Assembly: GCA_051362555.1 (NCBI GenBank)
Contig: CM120647.1
Span: 5,394,001 to 5,458,000 of the forward strand
DNA length: 64,000 nucleotides
Reading direction: 5' to 3'
Source of the DNA: Lingula anatina
Lineage: Eukaryota; Animalia; Brachiopoda
The position numbers were made by a program, and so were the translations under genes. The first letter of the stretch is position 1; each line of letters begins with the position of its first letter. Below are positions 52,500 to 64,000 of this stretch, in pieces. The notes below the pieces were generated by a model. That model searched no databases, was not told the origin of the DNA, and was given only the letters and a program-made list of their open reading frames with translations.

Positions 52500-53185
52500 A
52501 ATGAACTGATAGGCCTCAATGACATGGGGTTTACTTAACTGTACTATTCCTTTTAGGGATAATGACATTAATTCCCTGGAACTTACCACCAAACTTGCGA
52601 GTAAATTCGGTCGACAGTGAGGACACAGAAGGAGTGCACTACTACGCCGAACAGGCCTCAATCCAGGACTGCCTCTACCGTACCATGTATGAGTTCAAAT
52701 ACGTCGTGTTCGTCGATACAGACGAGTTCATCGTGCCAAGGAAACAAAACGACTTATATAATATGTTAGAAAGCTTACCGCAGGACCGTGCTGGGTATGC
52801 ATTCCTCAAGAAAGAGTTCATAATAAGTGTAGCGAGTTTTGACACATATCCTGCGGTGAAGGGAGAATTGGACGCGAGGCTGCTACGCTATCGTCCAGCT
52901 TGTCTCTTAACTTCACGACGCTCTCGACAGGTCCATTCGTTCGGAAAAAGATGTTGTCTCAAAACTATAGTTAGACCAGAGAAAACATGGATGATGGGTA
53001 TTCACTGGATCGGACGCGCCACGCAAAAAACACTTAAGGTTGATCGACGCATAGGGTCGCTGCATCACTTTAGACAACACTTAAAATGGAGTAGAATTGT
53101 AACGGATACCTCGATGTTTAGATTCGGTGAAAAGATACTAGAAAACATTGACAGGGCAGTTCAGTATGTGAGGCGTACAACTTGA
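49414..53185 (+). CDS. Glycosyltransferase family 92 / DUF23 protein, copy B, 489 aa
   Basis: Exons 49414-49925, 50243-50571, 52557-53185, with the same lengths (512/329/629 nt) and phases as copy A. DTD motif and LHHFR intact. Confidence 0.92.
51596..51853. mobile_element. PIF/Harbinger-type MITE in intron 2 of GT92 copy B
   Basis: TIRs ggctcagtatctcgaaa / tttcgagatacaggacc, flanks CAG/CAT. Absent from the copy A intron (agtttaccaagttga near 28455). Confidence 0.8.
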
Positions 53186-55489
53186 GTCTTTTCTGACAGT
53201 AAATGACGCTGTGGTTAGTTTCTCATTTTGTCACCCTCATAACGCACAGGACGGTAATCAAAGCCCCTTCGAGTCCATTGTATGATGGACATCAAAAAGT
53301 TAAGCAGCGATGACATGATGAACGCCATGGACAATATATAATATGTTTGATTAATTATACCAAATGACAGTCATCAGCTAGTTTATGTTAATTGACAGTG
53401 AGATACAACGCTTCCAGTGATAACGTCAATCAACATGGTCGAATGGTATTTCAATGTTATTTACAAATATTGGATTTGATATAGTTTGTTTATGAATAAA
53501 TGTGTTGGGTAATTAAAAAAACGATTGAATAAGCTGCTGGTGAGGCTGGGTGAAGAGAAGCGAACTTAATTTCATTAATCTGTCAAAACACACAATGTCA
53601 AAGAATACATATGTCACTCTCCATCCCCAAACTGAAGTAAATTCTAAATACAAGAGTTATAACTAAAGGGTAAGCTTGGCAGTCTATGAAAGAAAAACGC
53701 AGGGTACAAAGGTTGGCAATATAATGTCATACATTTGTTTAATACGTGGGCAAGTGTGGAACAAATCTGCAAATTCCGTTTAAAATACTGGTTGTTAGTT
53801 TCACAAAAGGTCTAATCTGATTGTTTTTTCTAATTAATATAAATAATTTCAATGATTGATTAACACCATATTGTACAGTCATGTTTAAGTCATCTACACA
53901 GGAATCGATAATGGTATCTTCCAATTCCAATGAATACAGTTTTTTTCCGACTGCATAGCTTTGCAGGGAGAGGTCCTGTGACCTTGACACTGTGACCTTG
54001 ACACGGTACCCTCAAGGCGGATTGCATGGCAATCCAACTCTACACCGCGATCACGGCATTAATATTTGTATTTCGAAACACATTTAATATTCTTGCAATG
54101 GTTGTACAGACCTGAAAAAATAGAGATGAATGTGTGTGAATCAATTCACTGCGTATATTTAAAGCCAGACCAAACAAAACAGTTCAATACTTTATAACCA
54201 GCATCACCATGCAGCTGTAATATTGAAATATGGATAGAAAACATCATTTCAGTCGCTAATACATTGAATAGAGACGAAGACGGAAAAGTTTCACTGTATG
54301 ATGATTTTTTCTTTGCCCCTTAATTTAATCCCTGCAAGTTTTTAGGTACAGCATACATCCCAGTAAATACAAAACAACCCTTATACTCAATAAGATACAT
54401 GAATCTTTCTGAAATTTTCTGACTTTGTTCAAAACATATTTAAAATACTTGTGAAAAAACTTCAACAAATATGGTAAAATAAATAAACGTGCAAATTTTA
54501 TTTTTTTACTTTTATTCGAGAAAAACAAGTCTCATCTTAAAATTCCTGCTTTTTTCGGATATGACAAAACAAAAAGTCGTTTCGAAAATAGTCATATATT
54601 TGAACATTTCGAATTACCAGTTCTGTCGCACTCTATAAAAACAATTATCATAATCCATTATTATAACTCGAAAACTTTGCCTTCTTCGCTTTCACAGCTT
54701 CATGTATTTCTGTTTGCCATAGTCATGCTCAAGTTTATTTATTTTTTTTTATTATAATTATTTATTTATTTTATTTTATTTTATTTTATTTTATTTTTTT
54801 TTTTTTTTTTGCTCAACAAGATCAGCTGGGAGGTGAATAAAAACCTTTTAGTGTCGCCCCCTTTAATGTGACTCCTGCGTAACTATGCCCTACTGGTAAA
54901 CTATACTTTATAGTACCCGGGCTCATTTCGCTCTTTAGTTAAGCTTGCATAGCCGGCTATAATTATACAGCTGCTTTCGTTAAACCTATTTTGCGATATT
55001 GGGTTAAGAGCCTTTTAAGAATGTACAAGGTATATACCGGCCTTAATACATGTATTACACTTGAAAGGAAAGGGGGTGGTTGTCTCATTGTTTAGAAAAA
55101 CACGTTTAAAGAAAAAAAGCTCACATAAGTTAATAATTCATACTTTTATACATCCACCCTGGTAATGTTACATATAAGCAAGTAAAGAGAGAGGACACAC
55201 AGACAAAGCGATTTATCGGTCACCCAAATCTTGGGTACATGTACACCATAATGCATGAAAATTGAAGTGCGTTAAAGGTACATTTGAACCGAGCGACGTT
55301 GGGACATAGGTTCCCAGTAACATATATAAACCACTCCTTTAAGATTCTTGTACGATTCAAATGAAGTTGACAATCATACCAAGGCATAAACTGAATTAAA
55401 CACTGATCAGCCATAAAAAAATTTTTAAACTACACCTTCCTTAAACTTTTGGTTGTAAAACCTACTCAGCTGACCAACTTATATGTCCC

Positions 55490-55541
<52 letters not shown>

Positions 55542-55814
55542 CATAAGAAGCAAGCAGAAAACCAGTTCAAATAACATTTTTCGGATAATATGAAAGGAAT
55601 TATTTTGGTATTTCTCGAAGTTACAATATTATTTGAAACCGTGTGGTCACGCAACTGATTTTGAAGGTCATTAATAAACGTTCAGCTGAGATAAAATACG
55701 CAGGTACAAAATGTACCAAAGCCATATTTAGTCATTCTCATGGCAAAAAAATAAAATAAAAAGCACTGTCCAAAAACCAATTGGTCTAAATTATTGACAT
55801 ATGTTACATTGTAA

Positions 55815-63625
<7,811 letters not shown>

Positions 63626-64000
63626 CTGAAATAACAGTAACATCATTCTGTAATGGTATACCATATTTACTTAACATGTACTGCCCAACAGTGTTACATT
63701 TGTGTTGTGCATACGCTTTAGTTGTGACAATTTAAAGAATAAACAGCAATAGCAGTAAACTACCAACAAAACACTTGACTTGCAAAACATCTGTACAGGG
63801 TGGCTGAAATAACAGTGACATTATTGTGGCATTACCTATTCCAAAAATATATCATAAAAACTGCCCAACAATGTTACAATTGTGTTGTACACAGATGTAA
63901 CCATGAAAAGAATTTTAAAACAATAATACAAGTAAACTGCCAACAAAATATCTCTTGCAAAATATCTTCGCATGTGAAACCACATACTTCCTCTTTTGAG

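Larger units (their letters stand above)
43910..55024. repeat. Segmental duplicate (direct orientation) of ~16880-32815
   Basis: Collinear matches: 16880-17385/43910-44418, 23690-25425/45200-46523, GT92 exons and introns, 3' flank to gagccttt at ~32800/~55012. Confidence 0.9.

Noticed and set aside
43910-55024. Uncollapsed haplotype rather than true duplication
   Set aside because: The copies differ by many substitutions, independent TE insertions and an inversion, which favours paralogy. Read depth is needed to exclude it fully.

Overview
AT-rich eukaryotic (animal, probably marine invertebrate) genomic DNA with spliceosomal GT-AG introns, microsatellites and many transposons. There is no prokaryotic operon, rRNA, tRNA or CRISPR. 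From left to right: (1) a full-length BEL/Pao LTR retrotransposon (158-11353; 259-bp LTRs with 1 mismatch; CACAT TSD), whose gag-pol has several lesions and a 4.1-kb nested insertion in the protease motif. (2) A two-exon, ~992-aa type II membrane gene on the minus strand (13797-17062) fusing a degenerate GT32-like domain, a polysaccharide-pyruvyl-transferase-like domain and an alpha-1,4-glycosyltransferase (GT32) domain. It lies head-to-head with (3) a three-exon GT92/DUF23 glycosyltransferase (26131-29963). (4) A rearranged duplicate of this pair: an inverted pseudogene of the fusion gene's exon 2, an orphan exon 1, and an intact GT92 paralog (49414-53185). (5) The 3' part of a MET/RON-like receptor tyrosine kinase (minus strand, 55815->63625) with an in-frame TAA just after the transmembrane helix. 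Smaller elements include Tc1 remnants (one a fold-back made of two 3' halves), a Penelope fragment with a minimal hammerhead ribozyme, and piggyBac-, Harbinger-, EnSpm- and hAT-type MITEs. The best candidate for an undescribed system is the GT92 plus GT32-pyruvyltransferase-GT32 pair, a possible animal glycan galactosylation/pyruvylation module. All calls were made by eye from motifs; no searches were run.
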